Shown piece by piece: positions 1 to 10,300 of a DNA stretch of 64,000 nucleotides. The notes under the pieces are model-generated. The model searched no databases. It was not told the origin of the DNA and saw only the letters and a list, made by a program, of their open reading frames with translations. The stretch is taken from positions 1 to 64,000 of IMG/VR virus record IMGVR_UViG_3300047678_000239, one strand, 5' to 3'. The position numbers and the translations under genes are program-made. Numbering within the stretch: the first letter of the stretch is position 1; every line of letters begins with the position of its first letter. The DNA comes from a virus.

Positions 1-130
1 CTTCAAATATAGGAAGTCCGGATACGTCATTGATAGAAGACAAAGAGCCGCTCAAGCTGTCAGAGATACCGAATAGAGCGCCCGCGGCTCCGATGAACAC
101 AAGAGAACCGTCTGGCAAGACCTCCAATCT
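1..130. repeat. Direct repeat, copy 1 (copy 2 at 9598..9727)
   Basis: 1..117 is identical to 9598..9714; two mismatches over 130 nt. Confidence 0.95.
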
Positions 131-214
131 GATGCTAGACGAAGCACTTCCAGTAAATTGGATTGAGGCGTTTAATGACCCGCTTCTATTTGGAAATATA
201 ATAATGTCTGACAT
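1..214 (-). CDS. 5' part of a tail-fibre-like protein (runs off the window edge; not in the ORF track)
   Basis: ATG at 214, 4 nt after ATATTTAT. Open frame MSDIIIFPNRSGSLNASIQFTGSASSSIRLEVLPDGSLVFIGAAGALFGISDSLSGSLSSINDVSGLPIFE..., matching an internal module of the 2969-aa protein. Confidence 0.8.
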   Translation of the reverse strand, partial: MSDIIIFPNRSGSLNASIQFTGSASSSIRLEVLPDGSLVFIGAAGALFGISDSLSGSLSSINDVSGLPIFE

Positions 215-229
215 ACCTATAAATATCGA

Positions 230-1435
230 TTAGAGTCCAAATCTGGAACGATGAACATCATAGTTTGTTTTAACTTCAGCAGGACTCAAGGTTCTGTTAT
301 ATTGCTTGTGAATTGGTATATCTCCGCTCCATCCAGTTCCAATTGTGGTGTCTGCGGTCGAGGCACCCAAACTACTTGTCCACGAAGCTGAATCACAATA
401 TGCTCCGTTGAGATAGAGAAAATATCCGCTTGAACTGTGATATGTCATGGCTAAATGATAATAGCTCTGGGATGTTATCGTTGGTGTAGAGAATATTTTA
501 TCAACCTGTGGGTCGGAGCCAGTAATGGCACTTCCACTTCCAGCATTTAATCTAAGAAAATATGTTCCTGGATTGAAAAATAAAGAACTAAATCCAAGTG
601 GGTGATTGAATACTCCAGTGGAATAAAGTGCTCTATAGCCTCCGTTTGATGTTGATTTGAACCAAAAATCCCAAGTCCATTGAGAGCCGGTTAATTTGGT
701 CGGCGCATTGTTTGTATTACTAATTATAAGATAATTACTTGAGGAATAATATGGAGCCGAAGACGCTGTATCATAACTAGCAGAAATCATATTGACCGTT
801 CTACCATTTGCCAAATCGAATAGACTAGAAGTAATATTTCTAATCGTCGGAGTGTATGGTGTAGCGACTGGCCACTGTTCCAATTGAGGATTATAAACAT
901 CAAATGTATTTCCGATATAAGACGAATCGGAAAAGGTGTTCAATCCAAATGTTAGAATACATGCGTTGTTTGTATTTGCGGATACAGTGAAGTTGTAAAG
1001 AACATACCACCAATTATTCGACAAGGATTGGCTTATGGTTGCTGTGTTTTGAGAAAGTGTTATGGTGCTTCCTGATTCTGGAGAAGATTTTGCAGCAGAA
1101 CAAGCCCAAGATGGTGAAGCGGATTGGGTTCCGTTGTATCTCATGTAACACGAAAATGTATATGGAACATTCAGAGAAACATTTGGTGTAAACATACCTC
1201 TCGCCGTATTTGTCACCGCCGTAATTGAATATCGATTCATTGACCTTTGATTTCTAAATTGGTCATCTGACGTTATTACCGATGCAGCTGAAACGAAGGC
1301 ATAGCTTCCATATGAGAGAGATTGACTGAAAATTTCATTAGAGGTTGGCTTACCAAGATATGATTTTTGGTTGCCTGTATCATATTCAAATACAAGCCCA
1401 GCCGTGATTGTTTTTGCGTTTACATTTATGCTCAT
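230..1435 (-). CDS. LamG/concanavalin A-like virion protein with an inserted carbohydrate-binding-like domain
   Basis: N-terminal ITAGLVFEYD..NQKSY and C-terminal YNRTLSPAEVKTNY..RFGL shared with four neighbours; extra ~170-aa insert ending PQLEQ..ATPY. Confidence 0.7.
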   Translation of the reverse strand: MSINVNAKTITAGLVFEYDTGNQKSYLGKPTSNEIFSQSLSYGSYAFVSAASVITSDDQFRNQRSMNRYSITAVTNTARGMFTPNVSLNVPYTFSCYMRYNGTQSASPSWACSAAKSSPESGSTITLSQNTATISQSLSNNWWYVLYNFTVSANTNNACILTFGLNTFSDSSYIGNTFDVYNPQLEQWPVATPYTPTIRNITSSLFDLANGRTVNMISASYDTASSAPYYSSSNYLIISNTNNAPTKLTGSQWTWDFWFKSTSNGGYRALYSTGVFNHPLGFSSLFFNPGTYFLRLNAGSGSAITGSDPQVDKIFSTPTITSQSYYHLAMTYHSSSGYFLYLNGAYCDSASWTSSLGASTADTTIGTGWSGDIPIHKQYNRTLSPAEVKTNYDVHRSRFGL

Positions 1436-2142
1436 ACAAATCTACCCTTTATGTTGTTGTAGTTGGTAAGTATTTCCCCAGATGATAGAGCTCTATTATA
1501 AACTCTAACAAACGACACTCTTCCATTATAATTTTTCGCTCCACCAAAAAAGCCTCTACCAATTAAAAATCCTCCGCCTGATGTTGGAATTCCGTTTAAC
1601 AATGACATTGTTCCAACCAAATTACCATTTATATACGTAGTTGTTGCGTTACCGATTACCGATGTTGTTTGAGTGATATGAACCCACTTTAAAAAACCAG
1701 AATCGGATGATGTAATTCCAGATGTTATCCACGTAGCATTATTTACATTCGTTTCAACACTCAGTCCATTTGTAGCTATTGCAAAGCCAAGAGGGCTTCC
1801 TGACTCCGACACTCTCGGACTAACTCCACGAACAGAAGTTCCCATATCAGAGATAACATACATGTAAGTTTCCAACGTCATTTCATTTTTGATTGTATTA
1901 AAATAGCTGTTGGCGGCTGAATAATATGTTGCCGCTGAGGACGTATCCGGAGGAACGAACTCAGCATACTTGTCTGTTATAATCAATGTGTTTGCTGAAC
2001 TATTTGTAAGGGTTATTGGAATTCTATTTGGGCTCAAATCGACCGCGTTACTACTAGAATGAGCAATACATTTTGGATTGGAGAAATCCAAATAAAAGGC
2101 TAATCCATCGGTGATGATTTTGGCTCCATTATGATAACTCAT
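1432..2142 (-). CDS. LamG/concanavalin A-like virion protein
   Basis: IITDGLAFYLD, WVHI, YINGNL, RVYNRALSSGEI motifs; ATGA overlap with the next gene. Confidence 0.8.
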   Translation of the reverse strand: MSYHNGAKIITDGLAFYLDFSNPKCIAHSSSNAVDLSPNRIPITLTNSSANTLIITDKYAEFVPPDTSSAATYYSAANSYFNTIKNEMTLETYMYVISDMGTSVRGVSPRVSESGSPLGFAIATNGLSVETNVNNATWITSGITSSDSGFLKWVHITQTTSVIGNATTTYINGNLVGTMSLLNGIPTSGGGFLIGRGFFGGAKNYNGRVSFVRVYNRALSSGEILTNYNNIKGRFV

Positions 2143-2873
2143 AAAAACCTCGCTTTCGATGCATTGTAATTTTGCATAACTTCCGAATCTGAAAGGGGTC
2201 GTCTATACACTCTGATGAGCCCAATTTTTCCAGAAAAGTCTTGAAGATTTGAATCACTTCCACCAATTCTAACATTAGTAGCGGATACACTTGAATAAGC
2301 ATATGATAAACTTGTATTGTCTGTGGTGTTTAAAAGAACGCCGTTTAGATAAAATTTATAAATTCCAAAAGAATTTGTTATCACATAATGATTGAATTGA
2401 TTAAATGGAATTGATGTGGTTGAAGAGTTGGCGCTTCTAAATCCATTGTTGTGCCATTGGGCGGAGAATCCAACGATGGTGCTTGTAGCGTTGTTTGGAG
2501 TCAATGCAAACATGACGATAACATCCGCACCAGTTCCAATTCTAATAATTGAAAATACACTGTCTCCATTTGAAGAAGAAGCAGCGGAGCAAAATGATTC
2601 GACGGTATAAGATGCTGAGACTTGTAAAATACTCGATGAGACTATTGATTTAGAAAAATTGTCGGTATAATCTGTGAGATTGAGAAGTTGATAAGAGGCC
2701 GTTTTACCGGAAATCAGAGTAGTTGTGGTCAGATTTGAAGCCACCAAATGATTTCCATATCCTGATAAATCTACCCAAGAAGTTGACCCAGAAACAGCAC
2801 TTTTGGTATTTGCGGCATCAACACAATATACCAATCCGTCTGTTATTATTCTTCCACCGTTTAAATAGCTCAT
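2139..2873 (-). CDS. LamG/concanavalin A-like virion protein
   Basis: IITDGLVYCVDA, WVDLSG, FYLNGV, RVYRRPLSDSEV motifs. Confidence 0.8.
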   Translation of the reverse strand: MSYLNGGRIITDGLVYCVDAANTKSAVSGSTSWVDLSGYGNHLVASNLTTTTLISGKTASYQLLNLTDYTDNFSKSIVSSSILQVSASYTVESFCSAASSSNGDSVFSIIRIGTGADVIVMFALTPNNATSTIVGFSAQWHNNGFRSANSSTTSIPFNQFNHYVITNSFGIYKFYLNGVLLNTTDNTSLSYAYSSVSATNVRIGGSDSNLQDFSGKIGLIRVYRRPLSDSEVMQNYNASKARFL

Positions 2874-3538
2874 AAATTGTATTTGGTTCTTACTGCTACA
2901 AAATTTTTTGTTATTTCGTCCAAGGATAGTTGGCGGCTATATATCAATACCAATCCAACATTTCCGTTGAATTTTCTAACGCTTCCTCTAATACCAAGAA
3001 CTTGAGTTGAATCTGGCCAACTACAAGAGGCTGTGTTATTGAATTTTGGAACTGTGTCGATGTAAACGTTTTTTGAGCCAGATGAACATGCAAGAACCAT
3101 ATTATACCATCTATTTGAACTCATATTAAAACCAAATTGTCCGCCATCTATAGAATTGGCTGCTGTATCATATGTGGTAAAATATGTCGTGCCGTTTAAA
3201 TGGCCCAAATCCATTCTTGGAACGACTGGAGATGCTTGAGAACTATTTTGTTTTTCGAAATAAGCTGAGTAGCTTGCCGTTGAATTGTAATTTATCCAAC
3301 AGCAAATAGTGAAGCTTCCTGTCAAATCAGGCAATCCATTTAATGAATTTGATGTAAATAATGTATTGGCTGTTCCATTAAATGCCACCGAACTGCTGTA
3401 ATAAGAAATTCCATTGTTTCGGTTATTGCTCAAATCAACCCAACTCAAACTTCCAGTCATATAGCTCTTTGGGTTTTGTGAATCAAGACATAAAATCAAT
3501 CCTCTTGTAACTAAATTTGGTGAATATGTTGTGCTCAT
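2870..3538 (-). CDS. LamG/concanavalin A-like virion protein
   Basis: LVTRGLILCLD, WVDLS, FTICCWI, WYNMV, IYSRQLSLDEI motifs. Confidence 0.8.
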   Translation of the reverse strand: MSTTYSPNLVTRGLILCLDSQNPKSYMTGSLSWVDLSNNRNNGISYYSSSVAFNGTANTLFTSNSLNGLPDLTGSFTICCWINYNSTASYSAYFEKQNSSQASPVVPRMDLGHLNGTTYFTTYDTAANSIDGGQFGFNMSSNRWYNMVLACSSGSKNVYIDTVPKFNNTASCSWPDSTQVLGIRGSVRKFNGNVGLVLIYSRQLSLDEITKNFVAVRTKYNL

Positions 3539-4323
3539 AATCCAAACCTCCCTTTAGTCGCGGTAAAATTTTGTAGAACTTCAGCCGGTGTTAAAGGTCT
3601 ATTGTAAATTCTAGAAAAGGAAATGGAGCCATTCCACGCCGCATATTCGTATTGATTTGGGGAAGTTCCCAATAAAGTGCTTGTTCCACCTACAGACAGA
3701 GTTCCATTGTTCAAACTAGAAAATCCACTGTATGAGCTGTTTGTTGACATTTGAACACCATTGATATAAATTCTCGTTATTGGTGTTGGAGACACTTCAA
3801 CAACTCCGGTTACATGATACCAAGAGCCAGATTGAATTGGAATAGAAGCCGCGGTCGCTTGAACACCAGCAGCAGCCGATGCTGTGTTTGTATAAAATGT
3901 TGTAAAGCTGAACACGTTATCCGTATTATATGATGCTGCCAATCCTTGATTACTACCGATGGCTCCCAAAAACAATGCTCCCTGTGCTCGGGCAGAGTTC
4001 GCATAACCATTTAGGTTTACGACTGATTCAAATGTATATCCATTGGTCAAAATTCCCAATGAACTATAAGTTAATCCTGTGGTTATTACTCCATATCCGA
4101 CACTTCCCGTATTCATTACTATCGCAGGAATACTTCCTGTAGATGTTGAAAAATTATCTCCATAATTTGAGCCTGACAGATTGGAAAAAGTGCATGTGTA
4201 TTTATTTGCACTTAAATCTATCCAAGATGTTTTTGAACCGCTTGCTAGACTTTTTGGATTTGAAGAATCTAAAAAGAACACCAATCCATTAGTTACTATT
4301 TTTGGTGAATAACTTGTTGACAT
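3535..4323 (-). CDS. LamG/concanavalin A-like virion protein
   Basis: IVTNGLVFFLD, WIDLS, WYHVTGV, IYINGV, RIYNRPLTPAEV motifs. Confidence 0.8.
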   Translation of the reverse strand: MSTSYSPKIVTNGLVFFLDSSNPKSLASGSKTSWIDLSANKYTCTFSNLSGSNYGDNFSTSTGSIPAIVMNTGSVGYGVITTGLTYSSLGILTNGYTFESVVNLNGYANSARAQGALFLGAIGSNQGLAASYNTDNVFSFTTFYTNTASAAAGVQATAASIPIQSGSWYHVTGVVEVSPTPITRIYINGVQMSTNSSYSGFSSLNNGTLSVGGTSTLLGTSPNQYEYAAWNGSISFSRIYNRPLTPAEVLQNFTATKGRFGL

Positions 4324-4324
4324 T

Positions 4325-7300
4325 TTATACCTCCACTTCCATCTTTGGAATATCTACACGTTCGGCCTGAACATAATAGAAGCATTCAACGTATTTGTTT
4401 ATGAGGTTTGTGTTTTCTACAAGTATTCCCGTTTTGTCAATTTTCTTAACAATCAATTTTTGATAATAACCAATAGGAGTCAATTGAACAGTGATTGTAG
4501 AGAAGTCAACCAATTTGCTCCAATATTCCGGAAATTCAATAATTTCTTTTCCATCCAATCGACCTCTTATGTAAACGGAATGTTCAGGACCTTCAACAAC
4601 GCCGTGCTGTAGTTTTTTATTTGGTTTGGTTGGGTGCTTAATTACGAACGACTTCGATGTAGCGGCAAATGAGCCGTTTACTTCTAGTTTATAGGCTGGG
4701 TTGCTTGTTCCGATACCAACGCTTCCTGAGATGGAAACTGTTCCTGAACCACTGATTGTTATTTGTGGAATTTGGTTTGTGAACAATCTTATTCCCCAGA
4801 AAGAAGAAATTCCCAACGTAGTTCCCCCGAGTGGAGTGTCGCTATACCAAGTTTGCCCGTAATTTCTGAAGGTATTTCCACCATAGGAGAATGTATTACC
4901 CAAAGATTGTCCAAGAGTATTGGAGCCAATGTCAATGTGACCGGAACCGACCTGTATTGCTGATGACGTTAACTGAGTCGATATTGTTGCTAGAGAAGCT
5001 GTAAAATTGGACAGAACATTTAGTGAACTGCTGATTGATACACTTCCAGAAAATTGATGAACGTTCGCTAAAGAAGTTCCGTGGAATGTGTTACTTGAAA
5101 TTATTGCTGAGCCGGTTATTTGTAGTCCATTTGCATCAACTAAACCAACCGGAGAGCCGCCGCCAGGCTGAAAGATAATTTTTCTTGCGCTAGGACTTCT
5201 TAGAGTAACATCGGCACCAACGGCGGAGTCCAAAAACAAGTTTCCTGTAGAAATTATTTGAGAATTTCCACCGACCAAACTTATTAGACCAGAAGACAAA
5301 TATAAAGTTGAGCCGGTAATTGTTCCCGACAAAGTTACAGAGGAGCCTGTTATCTGACCGACTGTTAAATTATTTGCCGATGTGAATGCGACTCCACCAC
5401 CGTTACTCAATTGAGCCGAACTCGATACCAAATTTGCAGGAAGACCGGAAATTGCTACAAACGACGCAGTTCCATACAAACTTCCTGTGATTTGTGTGCT
5501 GTTGATAAACGACGATGTTATAGGAACAATAAACGATGCTCCGGTTGAAGTAATTGTTGCTCTTGGTGTTGTTGCTGTAAGCGTATTGAATCTTATTAAA
5601 TCGCTGCCAATTTCAATAGAGGCTTGGTTTCCTCCCTGATACGACAGCGCCATTCCATCGGTCGAGCCGTCCATCAACGAACCTTGAATTACATCGGACA
5701 TTGCCCCGTTGGAAACACGAGAAATGCGAATTATACCCATCCACGTTCCGCTAGAATCGAAGAGAACCCTTGAACCGGTTCCTGCACCAAGAGCGTAATA
5801 AGACAGTTGAGTTCCAGACGAAGAAAACATCGTCTGTCCATTGTTGAATGATAGAGGACCAGAAACAATGTTAACTCCAGAAGCAGTTATTTTTCCCAAA
5901 TTACCAAAAGAACTGGTCAATTGACCTACGTTTATGAATGAGCCGGTAATTTGTGTTGAGTTAAAAGAAGAACTTAATGCCACTAGTCTGTTAGAGAAAG
6001 ATGCCGAAGAAACAATCAGATTAGTTAATCCTATTCCAGCCGATGCAGACAGAGCATTTATTGTTGAAGTAAAAGATGCACTGTCAGTTGTGTTGCTTGT
6101 TGAAAATGAGCTTGAATAAGTCTGAGCGTTTTGAGCAAATGAAGCTGTTCCAAAGAATGAGCCAGTTACTTGAGAACCGCTTATGATAGAAGCCGTAATT
6201 TGCCCAAGTGTTATGTTGTTCGTTGAATTGAACGGTATTCCTCCTCCATTGCTCAACTGTGCCGAACTTGAAACAATGTTTGGAGGAAGTCTAGATGAAA
6301 TAGACGAACTCAATGTGCTTATCGTCGTGTTAAAGGAAGCGCTTGTAGACGTATTGCTTGTGCTAAACGAAGAAGAATAGGCCAGTGCGTTTGTAGCAAA
6401 TGAGGCCGTTCCGAATAGTGAGCCTGTGACCTGTGGAATATTTGCGCTAGATGCGGTGACACTAGTTCCAACGGTTACGTTCAGACCTGTGCTGAATCCA
6501 CCGGACACAACCAACGCGGCCACTGTAGCTGACGTAGAAGGTGTTCCCGATGGGAATAGGGAAGAGACTAAACCAAGTCGGAGAGCATTACCACCAGTGG
6601 TGAACGTGCTAGAAAGCGATTGGCTAACTGAAAAATCCATCGTCGTTCCAATATTGCGAACGTTGATGTTACCATAATTGCCGTCATTAAAAACCACCGC
6701 TCCACCGTAACTACCACCAAGGATAACCGCAGCAGTAGCTAGAGTTGATACTGACGGTGCGGTAATAACTGCGTTCTGCGCTGTTAGCTGTGAAGTTCCA
6801 AACGAAGAAGAGAGAGCAACCAAACGGTTAGAGAACGAACCGGAAGAAACCACGAAGGACGAAGAGACGGCCAACAGTGAAGATGATACCGACAAACTAA
6901 GTGCAATGTCAGCTTGGTTGGATGCGGATAGAGCCGTAATAGTCGTAGTGAACGAAGCACTATTGGCGGTATCACTTGTGCTGAGAGAAGAAGAAAGCGT
7001 TACAAGGCGTGTGGAGAACGAGGCTGAGTCAGCAACAAGGTTTGTTACTCTCGTTGATAGTGAACCCGAAGCTACTTCAAGAGTCGTTGTGCGGCCAGAG
7101 AATGAAGCTGAATCGGCAACCAAGTTGGTTGTTCTGGTTGAGAACGAAGCAGACGAAGCAACATACGACGCAGAGACAGTGAGCAACGAAGACGAAACAC
7201 CAAGGGAAAGGGCAATGTCAGCTTGGTTAGATGCAGAAAGCGCGTTGACCGTAGTAGCGAACGAAGACGAATAGGTTTGGGCGTTCGTCGCAAAGGACGC

Positions 7301-10300
7301 CGTGCCTGTGATACCGTTGGTGACGGTCAAAGAGCCTGTGATTGAGACTGAGCCTGTGAACTCGTGCGCGTTAGCCTGGCTGTTTCCGAAGCGGTTACTT
7401 CCACTTGAATAATTTACAGAACTTGAAATAGTTGTTACAATTAACGTTCCAACGTTCATCACTGACGCAGTGACTTGTCCAAATGTAACATTGTTGCCAG
7501 AACCAAAGGCAACTTCACCATTATTACTTAGTTGGGCGGAACTTGAAACAACATTGGTCGGAAGTATTGCAAATGACGCAGTAACTGCTCTGTTAGCCCA
7601 ACTTGAAGTTCCAAATACTGAACCGGTTATTTGTGTTATGGAAGCAAACGAAGATGTTATTGCACTTCCCGATATTTGAGTGTAATTTCCAACTTCTCCC
7701 ACAATGAAATATTTTCTTGGGTCCGTCCATCTCGGAGAACCAATGGCGGCTGCATCATATACGTTTGGAGAAGAATCACGAGCAATTGTTCCACCATTGT
7801 CATTGAGTGGTAGGTGAACAAGAGCTCCAACTTCCGTTAGTATAATGTCATCAATTGAAAAACTTCCCGACGCTGACAAAGTGAAGCCAAGTTGGAGCCC
7901 GTTGTTTGCGCCAGGAGTCCAATTGTTTCCCACTATATCAATGTTTCCATTTCCAAAACCACTTCCAAATGTATTTTGGACTATTCCACCCGATGTGTTG
8001 ACAACAGAGACGGTTCCTCCAGAAACGTTTCTTAGAGTTGCTCTTATTCTGTATGATTTAAAATGTGGTAGTAATGTATATGTTCCTCCCGCCGACAATC
8101 TGATACCAGAACCAGCAGTTGGGGCCATTACATCCAATTCCTGTGCACCAAAGTCTACTGAAGCGGAGCCGCCGGCACCAAATCCGCTCCAATTTGTTGT
8201 AGCTGAGGTGAAAACACTATCCTTTGCAGAATCAGCTATTCTGTTTGAACCGGTATCAGCCCATTTGAATCTGTCAGGAACTTCTCCACCCAATTCAAAT
8301 ATCTCTCTAACAGCGTCTGAGTTTAAAGCGCAATTATAAAGAGAAGCACAATATAAAGTGAAATTTCCATATACAGATTCAATCGTATTACATATCAAAT
8401 ATGTGTTATCGATTGATTCGGTTACAGCTACCGAACTTGTGAATGAAGGAACGGCATCGATGTAACCACACCAACTTCCCGAAGTTCTAACCAAAGAAAA
8501 ATGAACAACCTTCCCAGCATTTGAAGATACAAAATTTGAAATTGTTCCAACGTTTTGAAAAACATCAGCCGAATTTCTTTTTGCAACTACCAATCCTCCA
8601 CTTGTATCAAGGTAAGTATAGAGAGAGCTTGCGCCAGCATTAGCCACATTGCTAGGTCCCATATACAATCCCCAACCAGCGTTCGAGTCAGGAGGAGAGA
8701 TAGGAACCTTAGCAACAAATGATAGAGAACAGTCTCCAGTTCCAATTGTTATTCCGGATAATGTTGACCTTAGATAAGCAGTAGTTCTCTCAAATACAAC
8801 TCCCGTTCTTGGTGAGAGAGGATTTCTGATAGCCGCCACACTTACTCCATTGACTCTAACTTCCGTTGCTGACACACTTCCACTAACAGCAATTGAGCCT
8901 GTCACGGCCACTGAGCCTGTGAATTGATGTCTGTTTAACAGACTTGTTCCAAAGACGTTATTTCCACTCGAAGTCAAAGCAGTTAAAATAGCATTGCTTG
9001 CGGTTATAACGGAGGCAGTTATTTGAGAACTGTTGAATGAACTTGACAGAGATACCAATCTATTGCTGAATGATGCGGAGGAAGCAATATAAGATGATGA
9101 TACTGCTAATAGACTCGAGCTATCCGCCAACTCCTTCACAGTAAATGAAGCTGAAGCTATCTGAAATGAAGACGATAGAGCTAAAAGACTTCCACTATCT
9201 ACAAATATTCTTGTGCTAAATGATGCAGAAGACGCAACATAAGATGAAGAGAGAGCCACGAAACTCGAGCTTATATTTGTATTGGATGAGCTTAAAGCGT
9301 TGATTGTTACGGTAAACGCTGCGCTTACAGCCGTATCCGTAACCGACAATGATGATGAATATGTTTGAGCGTTTGTAGCAAATGAAGCAGTTCCAAACAA
9401 ACTACCAGTAATTTGGGAACCACTGATAATTGACGCGGTTATATTTTGAGTTACCGAAAGAGAGCCTGTTAGTATTAGACTTCCTGAAACATCCAATACG
9501 CCGGATTGAGGAGATTTTCCAACACCAACTTGGGAACCGCTAACAACCAATGCATTTGTTCCAAATTTACCCATGACTACTTTATCATCGCTGAATACTT
9601 CAAATATAGGAAGTCCGGATACGTCATTGATAGAAGACAAAGAGCCGCTCAAGCTGTCAGAGATACCGAATAGAGCGCCCGCGGCTCCGATGAACACAAG
9701 AGAACCGTCTGGCAGGACTTCCAATCTTATACTTGAAGTTGCGCTTCCTGAAAAGTTAAATGCTGAAGCGGTTATCTGCGAACTTCTAAATGAACCCGAA
9801 AGAGCAACCAATCTGTTAGAAAAGGATGCTGATGCAGCCACAAGATTTGTTAAACCAGCACCTGCTGATGCTGATAGGGCATTTATCGTTGTTGTAAATG
9901 ATGCGCTATTAGCGGTATAGCTTATAGAAAGGGAGCTCGAATAAGACTGAGCATTGATTGCAAACGATGCTGTTCCAAACAAGGAGCCCGTTATTTGTGA
10001 ACCACTTATTATAGAACCGGTAATCTGTGTGCTGTTGAATGAAGAAGAGAGAGCAACCAATCTCTGAGACAACGATGCTGAAGCAACAATGAATGAAGAA
10101 GAAACGGAGAGCAACGATGAAGACACCACAAGAGTCATCGAAATATCAGCTTGATTCGAAGCACTTAGAGCTTGAACAGAACCTGAAAGAGTTATCAAGC
10201 TAGAACTTGCCGCCAATAGAGATGAACTGTTTGTTCCCACGGCCGCTGTAAGCGTGTTTATGGTAGATGTAAATGCTCCACTTGTGGCAGTGTCACTGGT

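Noticed and set aside
218-226. Plus-strand TATAAATA as a canonical T4 late promoter
   Set aside because: It points away from the adjacent gene at every site and flips with gene strand, so the functional reading appears to be ATATTTAT.
30-233. Plus-strand 67-aa ORF resembling 9573..9920
   Set aside because: Both are antisense to the real minus-strand coding repeat.
1-9727. Repeat pair as a diversity-generating retroelement TR/VR
   Set aside because: Both copies are coding and nearly identical, the differences are synonymous rather than adenine-specific diversification, and no reverse transcriptase is in the window.
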